From: a virus
Lineage: Duplodnaviria > Heunggongvirae > Uroviricota > Caudoviricetes
DNA length: 8,585 nt
IMG/VR virus record: IMGVR_UViG_649989998_000001
Reading direction: 5' to 3' (one strand)
Shown: positions 1 through 5,790 of the stretch, one piece after another
Position numbering within the stretch: the first letter of the stretch is position 1
How the letters are laid out: every line of letters starts with the position of its first letter
Program-made: the position numbers and the translations under genes
Notes under the pieces: model-generated
The model's input: the letters and a program-made list of their open reading frames with translations, nothing else
Database searches by the model: none
What the model was told of the DNA's origin: nothing

Positions 1-865
1 CGTAGTGATACATAATGGCCAAGTTATACCAGGCAGTGGCGTCATTGCATTCAGCGGCTTTCGTAAACCATTCAAAGGCAGCCTGATAATCTTTCTCAAC
101 GCCTTGTCCGTGTTTATACATATAACCGATGTTGACGTAAGCGCCGACGCTCCCCTGAGCGGCAGCCTTCAGATACCAGTACATCGCTTGCTTATAGTCC
201 TGGTCCACCCCTTCGCCAGCGTTATAATCCCATGCAATTTGAAACTGAGCATGCCGATTACCCTGCTGTGCGCTTTTCAAATACCAGAATGCGGCGAGTG
301 TCTCGTTTTGAGCAACGTCTTTTCCGTCTTCATAAAGATCGGCCAGATTGTTTTGCGCGTCACTATGGCCTTGTAATGCAGCTTGTTTGTACCAGAAAAA
401 TGCCAGCGTATAGTCTTGTGCGACTCCGTTGCCATTTCTGTACATCCACCCAAGATTATTTTGCGCATAAGACATTCCGCTCTCCGCGGCTATCTGATAC
501 CAGGCAACCGCTTCTTTATAGTTGGGGTCTTCTCCACGATCCAGTATCCAGCCAAGGGCGTTGGAAGCGAAAGTATGGCCTTGTAGGGCAGCTTTTTTCA
601 GCCAGAAGATGGCTTGCTCATTATCTTTATGACGGCTTTTATCCTCGGTATACTTTTGCCCTAAGGAATACTGTGCTTCACAATGACCTTGCTCAGCGGC
701 CAGCTTCAGCCAGTAAAAGGCCTTTTCGTCGTCCGGAGAGTCAATTGCGCTATCGCGATTATAATAAAACCCAACAATATATTGAGCCTCACTATCGCCT
801 TGTTCAGCACGTTCGATAATCTCATCTATTGACAAATTATCGCAGCAACTTGACGTAAAAATCAT
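1..865 (-). CDS. Sel1-like repeat (SLR/TPR-like) protein; N-terminal ~288 codons, C-terminus lies beyond the window start
   Basis: Hand translation of the minus strand from ATG 865-863 (alternative ATG 871-869) gives M(IM)IFTSSCCDNLSIDEIIERAEQGDSEAQYIVGFYYNRDSAIDSPDDEKAFYWLKLAAEQGHCEAQYSLGQ..., with the A-x-x-(W/Y)-(Y/F)-x-K-A-A-x-Q-G periodicity typical of Sel1 repeats. Codons were checked by hand from 871 down to ~656; the rest to position 1 is assumed open. AAGGA Shine-Dalgarno 6-7 nt upstream of ATG 865. Absent from the ORF track because no stop falls inside the window. Confidence 0.75.
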   Translation of the reverse strand, partial: MIFTSSCCDNLSIDEIIERAEQGDSEAQYIVGFYYNRDSAIDSPDDEKAFYWLKLAAEQGHCEAQYSLGQKYTEDKSRHKDNEQAIFWLKKAALQGHTFASNALGWILDRGEDPNYKEAVAWYQIAAESGMSYAQNNLGWMYRNGNGVAQDYTLAFFWYKQAALQGHSDAQNNLADLYEDGKDVAQNETLAAFWYLKSAQQGNRHAQFQIAWDYNAGEGVDQDYKQAMYWYLKAAAQGSVGAYVNIGYMYKHGQGVEKDYQAAFEWFTKAAECNDATAWYNLAIMYHY

Positions 866-1075
866 TATCATTTCCTTATGGTTGCAGATAAAACATATTA
901 TATTTTTATGTGTTCCGTTTTTGCGTAAGTCTTATTTTATGCGTATTATGTTGTGTCAGAAAAGTATAAATAAATGAGCCTCGTAATGTAGTTTACATTC
1001 ATTAAATGAATGTTTAAGGATAAATTATATGGACATGGAGTCGCAAAAAATATTGGGTGATGCTTCCAATTAGTA

Positions 1076-1084
1076 GAACATGTG
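1076..1084. repeat. 9-bp target-site duplication GAACATGTG, left copy flanking IS1
   Basis: Identical 9-mer immediately outside both IS1 termini (1076-1084 and 1851-1859). Confidence 0.85.
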
Positions 1085-1099
1085 GGTGATGACTCTAAC

Positions 1100-1603
1100 T
1101 TATTGATGGTGTTTTATGTTCAGATAATGCCCGATGACTTTGTCATGCAGCTCCACCGATTTTGAGAACGACAGCGACTTCCGTCCCAGCCGTGCCAGGT
1201 GCTGCCTCAGATTCAGGTTATGCCGCTCAATTCGCTGCGTATATCGCTTGCTGATTACGTGCAGCTTTCCCTTCAGGCGGGATTCATACAGCGGCCAGCC
1301 ATCCGTCATCCATATCACCACGTCAAAGGGTGACAGCAGGCTCATAAGACGCCCCAGCGTCGCCATAGTGCGTTCACCGAATACGTGCGCAACAACCGTC
1401 TTCCGGAGCCTGTCATACGCGTAAAACAGCCAGCGCTGGCGCGATTTAGCCCCGACGTATCCCCACTGTTCGTCCATTTCCGCGCAGACGATGACGTCAC
1501 TGCCCGGCTGTATGCGCGAGGTTACCGACTGCGGCCTGAGTTTTTTAAGTGACGTAAAATCGTGTTGAGGCTAACGCCCATAATGCGTGCAGTTGCCCGG
1601 CAT
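1100..1603 (-). CDS. insB: IS1 InsB (transposase catalytic part, made as an InsAB' fusion by -1 frameshift)
   Basis: ORF-track product [22 protein letters not shown]...[15 protein letters not shown] matches the IS1 InsB C-terminal 125 aa; the frame is extended upstream to the canonical 167-codon length by analogy. The upper bound 1603 was not verified codon by codon. Confidence 0.75.
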
Positions 1604-1824
1604 CCAACGCCATTCATGGCCATATCAATGATTTTCTGGTGCGTACCGGGTTGAGAAGCGGTGTAAGTGAACTGCAGTTGCCATGTTTTACGGCAGTGAG
1701 AGCAGAGATAGCGCTGATGTCCGGCAGTGCTTTTGCCGTTACGCACCACCCCGTCAGTAGCTGACAGAGGGACAGCTGATAGAAACAGAAGCCACTGGAG
1801 CACCTCAAAAACACCATCATACAC
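1522..1824 (-). CDS. insA: IS1 InsA, variant copy with N-terminal frame altered by an apparent 2-bp deletion
   Basis: Product ...[80 protein letters not shown] matches IS1 InsA from residue ~12 on. The first 25 residues (GTG start at 1824) differ because the canonical GTG frame hits TGA after 13 codons. Confidence 0.7.
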   Translation of the reverse strand: MYDGVFEVLQWLLFLSAVPLSATDGVVRNGKSTAGHQRYLCSHCRKTWQLQFTYTASQPGTHQKIIDMAMNGVGCRATARIMGVSLNTILRHLKNSGRSR

Positions 1825-2252
1825 TAAATCAGTAAGTTGGCAGCATCACCGAACATGTGTTTTTCAATAAGTGTCCCGATGACTTTTTCGTGGATCTCTA
1901 CTGAACGCGAGAAGCAGATTGTTTTACGAGCCAAGCGCTTAATGCGGGTGCGCAGCGTCAGGTTATTGCGCTCAATCCGTTGGGTGAATATTTTTCCGGT
2001 CAGATGCTTATCCTTCGGCACCTCCCGGCCATAGCTGCCCCAGTCGTCGCTGGTGATCATGCCGATGTTGAATGGCGTAAGCAGTGCCAGTAGTTCCCGG
2101 CAGGTTTCATCGGTACGGGGACCAAAAGTGTAGGCCAGTCCCCCCTGTTTTGGTGTTATACGCGTACCAGAGCCAGTGTTGCCGGGCTTTACTGCCAACG
2201 AAACTCCATTGCTCATCAAGTTCGCAGATAAGCGCCACATCAGCATGAGCAA
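1824..2252 (-). CDS. InsB-like transposase of the divergent IS1-family element; last codon and stop replaced by read-through into the nested IS1
   Basis: Product contains an InsB-like core (...[61 protein letters not shown]...). The C-terminal GDAANLLI is a translation of the IS1 terminal repeat; the intact element would end ...EKHMFY-stop. The ORF-track start is an alternative start codon; the true frame probably continues upstream as an InsAB' fusion. Confidence 0.65.
   Translation of the reverse strand: MLMLMWRLSANLMSNGVSLAVKPGNTGSGTRITPKQGGLAYTFGPRTDETCRELLALLTPFNIGMITSDDWGSYGREVPKDKHLTGKIFTQRIERNNLTLRTRIKRLARKTICFSRSVEIHEKVIGTLIEKHMFGDAANLLI
1851..1859. repeat. 9-bp target-site duplication GAACATGTG, right copy flanking IS1
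   Basis: Identical to 1076-1084. Confidence 0.85.
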
Positions 2253-2264
2253 CGGGCGAAGACG

Positions 2265-2537
2265 TTATTCGCTTTGGCGTGAGTTTTTTAAAGTCCGGAT
2301 GACGGTGTTAATGCCAATTTTCAGTGTCCTGGCGGTATCGCGAACCCCGGCGCCATTGAAGGCCATTTCAGTGATCAGCTCTTTAATGCCCGGCTTACGG
2401 GCCTCATAAGTGTAAGTGAGCTGAAAAACGCGGTGGCAGTCACGGCAGCGAAATCTGTCATGGCCTTTAGGGTTCTGACCATGGCGGTAGACCTGTGCAG
2501 ACTGACAACGAGGACAATGAATGTTAACGCTGGCCAT
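2265..2537 (-). CDS. InsA-like protein of the divergent IS1-family element (90 aa, zinc-finger/HTH)
   Basis: ATG start with GAGG Shine-Dalgarno upstream; product MASVNIHCPRCQSAQVYRHGQNPKGHDRFRCRDCHRVFQLTYTYEARKPG... has C-x2-C...C-x2-C like IS1 InsA and ends at the A6C frameshift window. Confidence 0.8.
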   Translation of the reverse strand: MASVNIHCPRCQSAQVYRHGQNPKGHDRFRCRDCHRVFQLTYTYEARKPGIKELITEMAFNGAGVRDTARTLKIGINTVIRTLKNSRQSE

Positions 2538-2656
2538 GAAAGAACCTCAAAAGCCCGCATTATACATCAGATTCAACTAATTAGAGGCATCACCCAGTAA
2601 GGAAAGCACTCTATCCAACAAACCACCCACAGTTAATCGGAATAAAAGCAGAGTGC

Positions 2657-2729
2657 TTATGAATGATCGCACGCCCGAAGGTTAGTATTTCTGCACAGCA
2701 ATTTTGCAAAAAAAGGCGATCATTCATAA
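2657..2729. repeat. Perfect 14-bp inverted repeat TTATGAATGATCGC / GCGATCATTCATAA separated by 45 bp
   Basis: Arms at 2657-2670 and 2716-2729 are exact reverse complements. A second 9-bp inverted repeat (AAGCACTCT 2604-2612 / AGAGTGCTT 2650-2658) abuts it. Confidence 0.6.
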
Positions 2730-2742
2730 CTTAAACGCCTTT
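2708..2742 (-). terminator. Possible weak intrinsic terminator downstream of the tRNA cluster
   Basis: On the minus strand a 7-bp stem AAAGGCG/CGCCUUU (2742-2736 and 2718-2712) is followed by U residues (2711-2708). The loop is long (17 nt), so this is weak. Confidence 0.25.
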
Positions 2743-2788
2743 CAGTCACTCCGGGATTTCCCATCATCGCAGACTGAAAGACTCTGAC

Positions 2789-2862
<74 letters not shown>

Positions 2863-2865
2863 ATA

Positions 2866-2941
<76 letters not shown>

Positions 2942-2943
2942 GC

Positions 2944-3020
2944 TGGCCCACCACCGAGGACTCGAACCTCGCACCGTCAACTTAGAAGGTTGATGCTCTA
3001 TCCGGATGAGCTAGTGGTGG
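2944..3020 (-). tRNA. tRNA-Arg(UCU), reads the rare AGA codon
   Basis: Reverse complement CCACCACUAGCUCAUCCGGAUAGAGCAUCAACCUUCUAAGUUGACGGUGCGAGGUUCGAGUCCUCGGUGGUGGGCCA; acceptor stem CCACCAC/GUGGUGG, anticodon stem UCAAC/GUUGA with loop CUUCUAA, T-loop UUCGAGU, encoded CCA. The 5' C start is unusual for chromosomal E. coli tRNAs. Confidence 0.8.
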
Positions 3021-3021
3021 T

Positions 3022-3098
3022 TGGTGGCCCTTGCTGGACTTGAACCAGCGACCTGGCGATTATGAGTCGCTCGCTCTGACCAACTGAGCTAAAGGGCC
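3022..3098 (-). tRNA. tRNA-Ile2 (anticodon CAU, lysidine-type, reads AUA); by anticodon alone it could be tRNA-Met
   Basis: Reverse complement GGCCCUUUAGCUCAGUUGGUCAGAGCGAGCGACUCAUAAUCGCCAGGUCGCUGGUUCAAGUCCAGCAAGGGCCACCA; acceptor stem GGCCCUU/AAGGGCC, anticodon loop CUCAUAA. The anticodon and T arms resemble ileX/ileY-type tRNA-Ile2 rather than elongator tRNA-Met, as recalled. Confidence 0.75.
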
Positions 3099-3107
3099 GG
3101 AGGAAGA

Positions 3108-3136
3108 ATAATAACCATATGTCATCACATCTGCAA
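3108..3136 (-). promoter_or_regulatory. Candidate sigma70 promoter directly upstream of the tRNA cluster
   Basis: On the minus strand, TTGCAG (3136-3131), 17-nt spacer, TATTAT (3113-3108), then ~9 nt to the tRNA-Ile2 5' end. The -35 is poor (3 of 6), so this is tentative. Confidence 0.25.
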
Positions 3137-3186
3137 ACTCATCTGACCACCAGCACGTTTAACGTCCTGTGCCATTTTTCAGGCAT

Positions 3187-3208
3187 AAAAAAAACCGCTC
3201 AATGGCGG
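3187..3208 (-). terminator. Candidate intrinsic terminator downstream of the ORF6N gene
   Basis: On the minus strand, CCGC-CAUUGA-GCGG hairpin (3208-3195) followed by U8 (3194-3187). The stem is short (4 bp, extendable with A-U pairs). Confidence 0.3.
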
Positions 3209-3306
3209 GTTCTGGTAAAGTTCATGCGCTTGATTCGCCTCGCGATACAGCTTTGCTAAGCGTACCGGAATTGAAGCAGTTTATGTGCAAAAATGCAAGA
3301 CCTTTT

Positions 3307-3864
3307 TTAAAGCTGCATCAGCCTTTCCACCAGTTTATCTCTGCGAACAACAAACCAACCATTGGCTCTCGCCAGTTCCAGCCATGACTCAAGGGAAATA
3401 ACAATATCATCATCCCGTAACTGAATTGTGGAAACAGTGACACCGCCTCGCTGATAACAGAGAACTCGCGTGTCGTAACTTTTCTGGCATGAAACTGGCG
3501 CTGACGGATCCTTTTGTCTGAAATAGCAGTCTTCCAGTTTTTCGAACACATCCCACGCCTGATCGGTTTCCAGCATTTTGGCATGACGGGCTGCTCCGCG
3601 TTCTGTCCAGAGGATGAGGGAGCGGGCTTTGGGAGAGATGGGATTTTGTGAGTAGTTTAAAGCTACCCGCAATTCTTTAAGGTCATTACCAACAACTTTG
3701 AAAAAGTGTTTCCCTTCAACGAAGCGTACTTTGTTCTCATGATGATTCTGGCGAATACGCACCGGCTCAGTGCCGTAAAGCTGCGCCAAAAGTTCGGTGG
3801 TAATAACAGGAATCTGGTTATGGGTGATCGGGGAGAGAGTTTCAACAGAGATTTGAGTGGTCAT
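3307..3864 (-). CDS. Phage ORF6N-domain protein (antirepressor-like DNA-binding protein), 185 aa
   Basis: ATG at 3864-3862 with GGAG Shine-Dalgarno 8 nt upstream. Product MTTQISVETLSPITHNQIPVITTELLAQLYGTEPVRIRQNHHENKVRFVEGKHFFKVVGNDLKELR...ISPKARSLILWTERGAARHAKMLETDQAWDVFEKLEDCYF... fits the ORF6N/KilA-N-like pattern (LYG, RF-EG-FF, ISPK-R, LWTE-GA, HAK). The ORF-track start at 3996 is rejected as read-through of the leader. Confidence 0.65.
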   Translation of the reverse strand: MTTQISVETLSPITHNQIPVITTELLAQLYGTEPVRIRQNHHENKVRFVEGKHFFKVVGNDLKELRVALNYSQNPISPKARSLILWTERGAARHAKMLETDQAWDVFEKLEDCYFRQKDPSAPVSCQKSYDTRVLCYQRGGVTVSTIQLRDDDIVISLESWLELARANGWFVVRRDKLVERLMQL

Positions 3865-4027
3865 AACGATAACTCCGTACATTTGGAAATTATCGCCACC
3901 GACGACGCCAATCGAACTGGTGGCGAACTGTGCAGGGTTGGCGTAACCGGGTACGGAAACCGGCGAGCCTTTCGGCTCCCCCACACAGCCCGCCATAAAT
4001 CGCGAATGAGACTGTGCAAACGATATG

Positions 4028-4047
4028 AAAAAAGACGCGGGCGCGTC
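4028..4047 (-). terminator. Intrinsic terminator, candidate tR'-type late terminator
   Basis: On the minus strand, GACGCGCCCGCGTC hairpin (4047-4034; 5-6 bp GC stem) followed by U6 (4033-4028), nested inside an 8-bp outer palindrome CGATATGA/TCATATCG. Confidence 0.45.
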
Positions 4048-4110
4048 TCATATCGCTCCGTAAACATCCGGGACGCCAATCCCGACGCCAGATTTTGCTG
4101 GCGCGTGAGG

Positions 4111-4140
4111 AATATAGCCCCGGATAACAGATTGAGTCAA
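4111..4140 (-). promoter_or_regulatory. Near-consensus sigma70 promoter overlapping the stop codon of the Q-like gene (candidate pR'-type late promoter)
   Basis: On the minus strand, TTGACT (4140-4135), 18-nt spacer, TATATT (4116-4111). The TGA stop of the Q-like ORF is the TGA inside TTGACT. Predicted transcription start near 4104, about 60 nt upstream of the terminator hairpin. Confidence 0.45.
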
Positions 4141-4691
4141 CAGACGGTTTTTAGATCCCCGGAAGAGAATGCATCACGCATCGGTAGATAGAGCATATAT
4201 TCAGCAAGATTTAGCCATACATCAACCCGACTGCAACACGTCCGATAACACCACTCAGGGTGTGAATCATTCAGCAATTCAGCCATTTTTCGCTTAGTCA
4301 TCCCACTCCCTTCATATCGTTGCCGGAGGATACAAATCAATCCTGGGTGTTCTGCCAGCACTTCACTAATCACCCGATCAATGCATAACGCCTCTGCGTC
4401 AGTACAATGCACCAGCCAGCTTTTTTGCTTGCCGTTGATCATATCCCGCAAAAAAGCCTCAAGTTCAGGTTTGTCCAGACCTGCTTTTTTCATCCTCCGG
4501 AGCGCCTCGTTAATTGCCGTTTTTGTCAGCTTTTTAGAGGCCAACAGCTGGTTGAACATATTCCCCGTCTTACCGCCGCCAATATACGACCAGCGCCCCC
4601 ACATGCGCAGTTTTCCCTGAATCCAGACACTTTCCAGCGTGGTGAGACGAAGGTGTTCCCCGCTTTTGCCTGTATTTGTTGGGTAAATCAT
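4137..4691 (-). CDS. Putative Q-like late-gene antiterminator (185 aa)
   Basis: ATG at 4691-4689 with GGAGAAAGGAAGG upstream; start overlaps the stop of the upstream gene (ATGA). Product MIYPTNTGKSGEHLRLTTLESVWIQGKLRMWGRWSYIGGG...CIDRVISEVLAEH...GSGMTKRKMAELL... shares the RWG-W and downstream motifs I recall from the Q933W/QuuQ-type antiterminator family. Position (after a YbcO-like gene, before a promoter-terminator pair) supports the call. The ORF-track N-terminal extension to 4811 is rejected because it overlaps the upstream gene. Confidence 0.55.
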   Translation of the reverse strand: MIYPTNTGKSGEHLRLTTLESVWIQGKLRMWGRWSYIGGGKTGNMFNQLLASKKLTKTAINEALRRMKKAGLDKPELEAFLRDMINGKQKSWLVHCTDAEALCIDRVISEVLAEHPGLICILRQRYEGSGMTKRKMAELLNDSHPEWCYRTCCSRVDVWLNLAEYMLYLPMRDAFSSGDLKTVC

Positions 4692-4978
4692 AAATAACCT
4701 TCCTTTCTCCAGATTTCTTGCGTGCGAAAAACACCTTCTGCATGCATCAGGCGTAATTCTTCTTTGGTGTAATCGCTTGTTTTTACACGCCCGTCGATTA
4801 AATCGTGGCATGAGCTACAGGCAATCGCCGCCTGCATATCGTGTGGTTTTGTCGCTGTTCCGCACGTTCCCGCCAGTCGGTAATGCGCCAGCACAGACGT
4901 TTCCGGATCGTGATTGCAGTAGCCAGGAATTCTGACGGTGCACATCTGCCCCCGCGCCGCTTTACGTAAATCCACCAT
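4688..4978 (-). CDS. YbcO-like phage protein (DUF1364, putative zinc-binding nuclease), 96 aa
   Basis: Product MVDLRKAARGQMCTVRIPGYCNHDPETSVLAHYRLAGTCGTATKPHDMQAAIACSSCHDLIDGR... closely resembles the DLP12 YbcO N-terminus as recalled (MADLRKAARG..C.VRIPG.CN..PETSVLAH.RL.G.CGTGTKP...IACS.CHD). The IS600 terminus lies only 9 bp upstream of its ATG. Confidence 0.75.
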   Translation of the reverse strand: MVDLRKAARGQMCTVRIPGYCNHDPETSVLAHYRLAGTCGTATKPHDMQAAIACSSCHDLIDGRVKTSDYTKEELRLMHAEGVFRTQEIWRKEGYL

Positions 4979-4987
4979 TACGCAAAC

Positions 4988-5212
4988 TGAGGTAGCCTGA
5001 GTTTAACGGACACTCCTTCCTGAAATAGAATGGTATCAGAAGGAGCTAATAATGAGCAGAAAAACCCAACGTTACTCTAAAGAGTTCAAAGCCGAAGCTG
5101 TCAGAATGGTTCTTGAAAATCAACTTTCGATCAGTGAAGGCGCTTCCCGATTATCCCTTCCTGAAGGCACTTTAGGACAATGGGTTACCGCCGCCAGAAA
5201 AGGGCTCGGTAC
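4988..5212 (+). mobile_element. IS600 left-end fragment (225 bp), internally truncated
   Basis: Identical to the left end of the full IS600 copy (reverse complement of 7329-7553) from the terminus TGAGGTAGCCTGAG up to ...GGGCTCGGTAC, then diverges at 5213. Confidence 0.85.
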
Positions 5213-5360
5213 ACCTCAAACTCCAGTAGCTGCGCGGCCACATTTTCGACTTCCTCCGGAGAGGAGAATTTACGGAACAGGCTCCAGTTCCACAGCACAT
5301 TCAGTACAGATTTATAAACCTGCTGAAACTCGGTTTCGTCCATGTTCGCAAATGCGATAG
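5052..5360 (+). pseudogene. Truncated IS600 orfA: first 54 codons intact, then fused to unrelated sequence
   Basis: Product MSRKTQRYSKEFKAEAVRMVLENQLSISEGASRLSLPEGTLGQWVTAARKGLGTP matches the full-copy OrfA to residue 54, then reads antisense through the neighbouring gene. Confidence 0.8.
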
Positions 5361-5790
5361 ATTTTGCCCTGCCCCCACGACTACCATCAGGATAAATATG
5401 CTCGGTGTAAAATCCGGCCTGAATGGTTACCCACTCGCGGAAAGCCAGCAATGCCGTATCACGGGTTCTGCGTGTCGCAACTGTATTCAGATATTGCTCT
5501 GCGGCTTCGCTCAGAGCTGGCGTATGTTCCCGGCCTACTGATTCACACAGGTAATCAACGAAACCGGACACCAGTTTTCGTTCGCGAGGCGTGATCGCCC
5601 CACCGACCGGAGTCCAGTAATCGAAACCCAGTTGCAGGAGTTTGAAAAAACGCTTGTGGAATGCGTAGTTACGCACACGCTTAAAGTCTGCGTGTATCCA
5701 CTCACCTATTTTGATTTGATGCAGAAAATCGCAACTCGCCGGGAGAAGTAATCCGGAAGAGGTTTGTTTGACCAGTTGTATATGTGCCAT
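5185..5790 (-). CDS. Prophage hypothetical protein (possibly DUF1367 family), 3' end truncated by the IS600 fragment; last 9 codons are IS-derived
   Basis: ATG at 5790-5788 with GGAGAAAG Shine-Dalgarno upstream; product MAHIQLVKQTSSGLLLPASCDFLHQIKIGEWIHADFKRVRNYAFHKRFFKLLQLGFDYWTPVGG... The terminal YRALFWRR-stop is a translation of IS600 antisense sequence (the same peptide ends ORF 7159-7356). The family name is a recollection and is the least secure part of this call. Confidence 0.55.
   Translation of the reverse strand: MAHIQLVKQTSSGLLLPASCDFLHQIKIGEWIHADFKRVRNYAFHKRFFKLLQLGFDYWTPVGGAITPRERKLVSGFVDYLCESVGREHTPALSEAAEQYLNTVATRRTRDTALLAFREWVTIQAGFYTEHIYPDGSRGGRAKSIAFANMDETEFQQVYKSVLNVLWNWSLFRKFSSPEEVENVAAQLLEFEVYRALFWRR

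Larger units (their letters stand above)
1085..1850 (-). mobile_element. IS1 (766 bp), inserted inside the terminus of the divergent IS1-family element
   Basis: Terminal inverted repeats GGTGATGACTCTAACTTATTGAT (1085-1107) and reverse complement of GGTGATGCTGCCAACTTACTGAT (1828-1850); insA and insB products match IS1 InsA/InsB as recalled; A6C frameshift motif (reverse complement of 1538-1548); perfect 9-bp direct repeats flank it. Confidence 0.9.
1056..2594 (-). mobile_element. Divergent IS1-family element (764 bp of its own sequence), interrupted by a canonical IS1 insertion
   Basis: IS1-like termini GGTGATGC at 1056-1063 and in reverse complement at 2587-2594; InsA-like and InsB-like ORFs on the minus strand; A6C frameshift motif TTTAAAAAACTC (reverse complement of 2281-2292). 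Own length is 29 bp (1056-1084) plus 735 bp (1860-2594) = 764 bp. No flanking direct repeat found. Isoform name not verifiable here. Confidence 0.7.

Noticed and set aside
5-819. Plus-strand ORFs 5-376 (123 aa) and 232-819 (195 aa)
   Set aside because: They lie antisense to the Sel1-repeat gene, whose minus-strand frame is open and gives a clean repeat-protein translation. The plus-strand products are low-complexity (R/L/S-rich) with no ribosome-binding site.
1134-2409. Plus-strand ORFs inside the IS1 elements (1134-1424, 1837-2034, 2176-2409)
   Set aside because: Antisense to insA/insB-type genes. Antisense ORFs within IS1 are a known artefact of its composition, and there is no supporting ribosome-binding site.
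3865-3996. N-terminal extension of the ORF6N gene in the ORF track (start at 3996)
   Set aside because: The extension (MAGCVGEPKGSPVSVPG...) runs across the tRNA-like leader and has no ribosome-binding site. The internal ATG at 3864 has a GGAG Shine-Dalgarno at ideal spacing and begins the recognisable domain.
3706-4191. Plus-strand ORF 3706-4191 (161 aa)
   Set aside because: Antisense to the ORF6N gene start and the promoter/terminator region; Arg-rich low-complexity product; probably a GC-content artefact.
4692-4811. N-terminal extension of the Q-like gene (ORF track start 4811)
   Set aside because: It would overlap the YbcO-like gene out of frame by ~120 bp. The ATG at 4691 has a strong Shine-Dalgarno and an ATGA coupling overlap.
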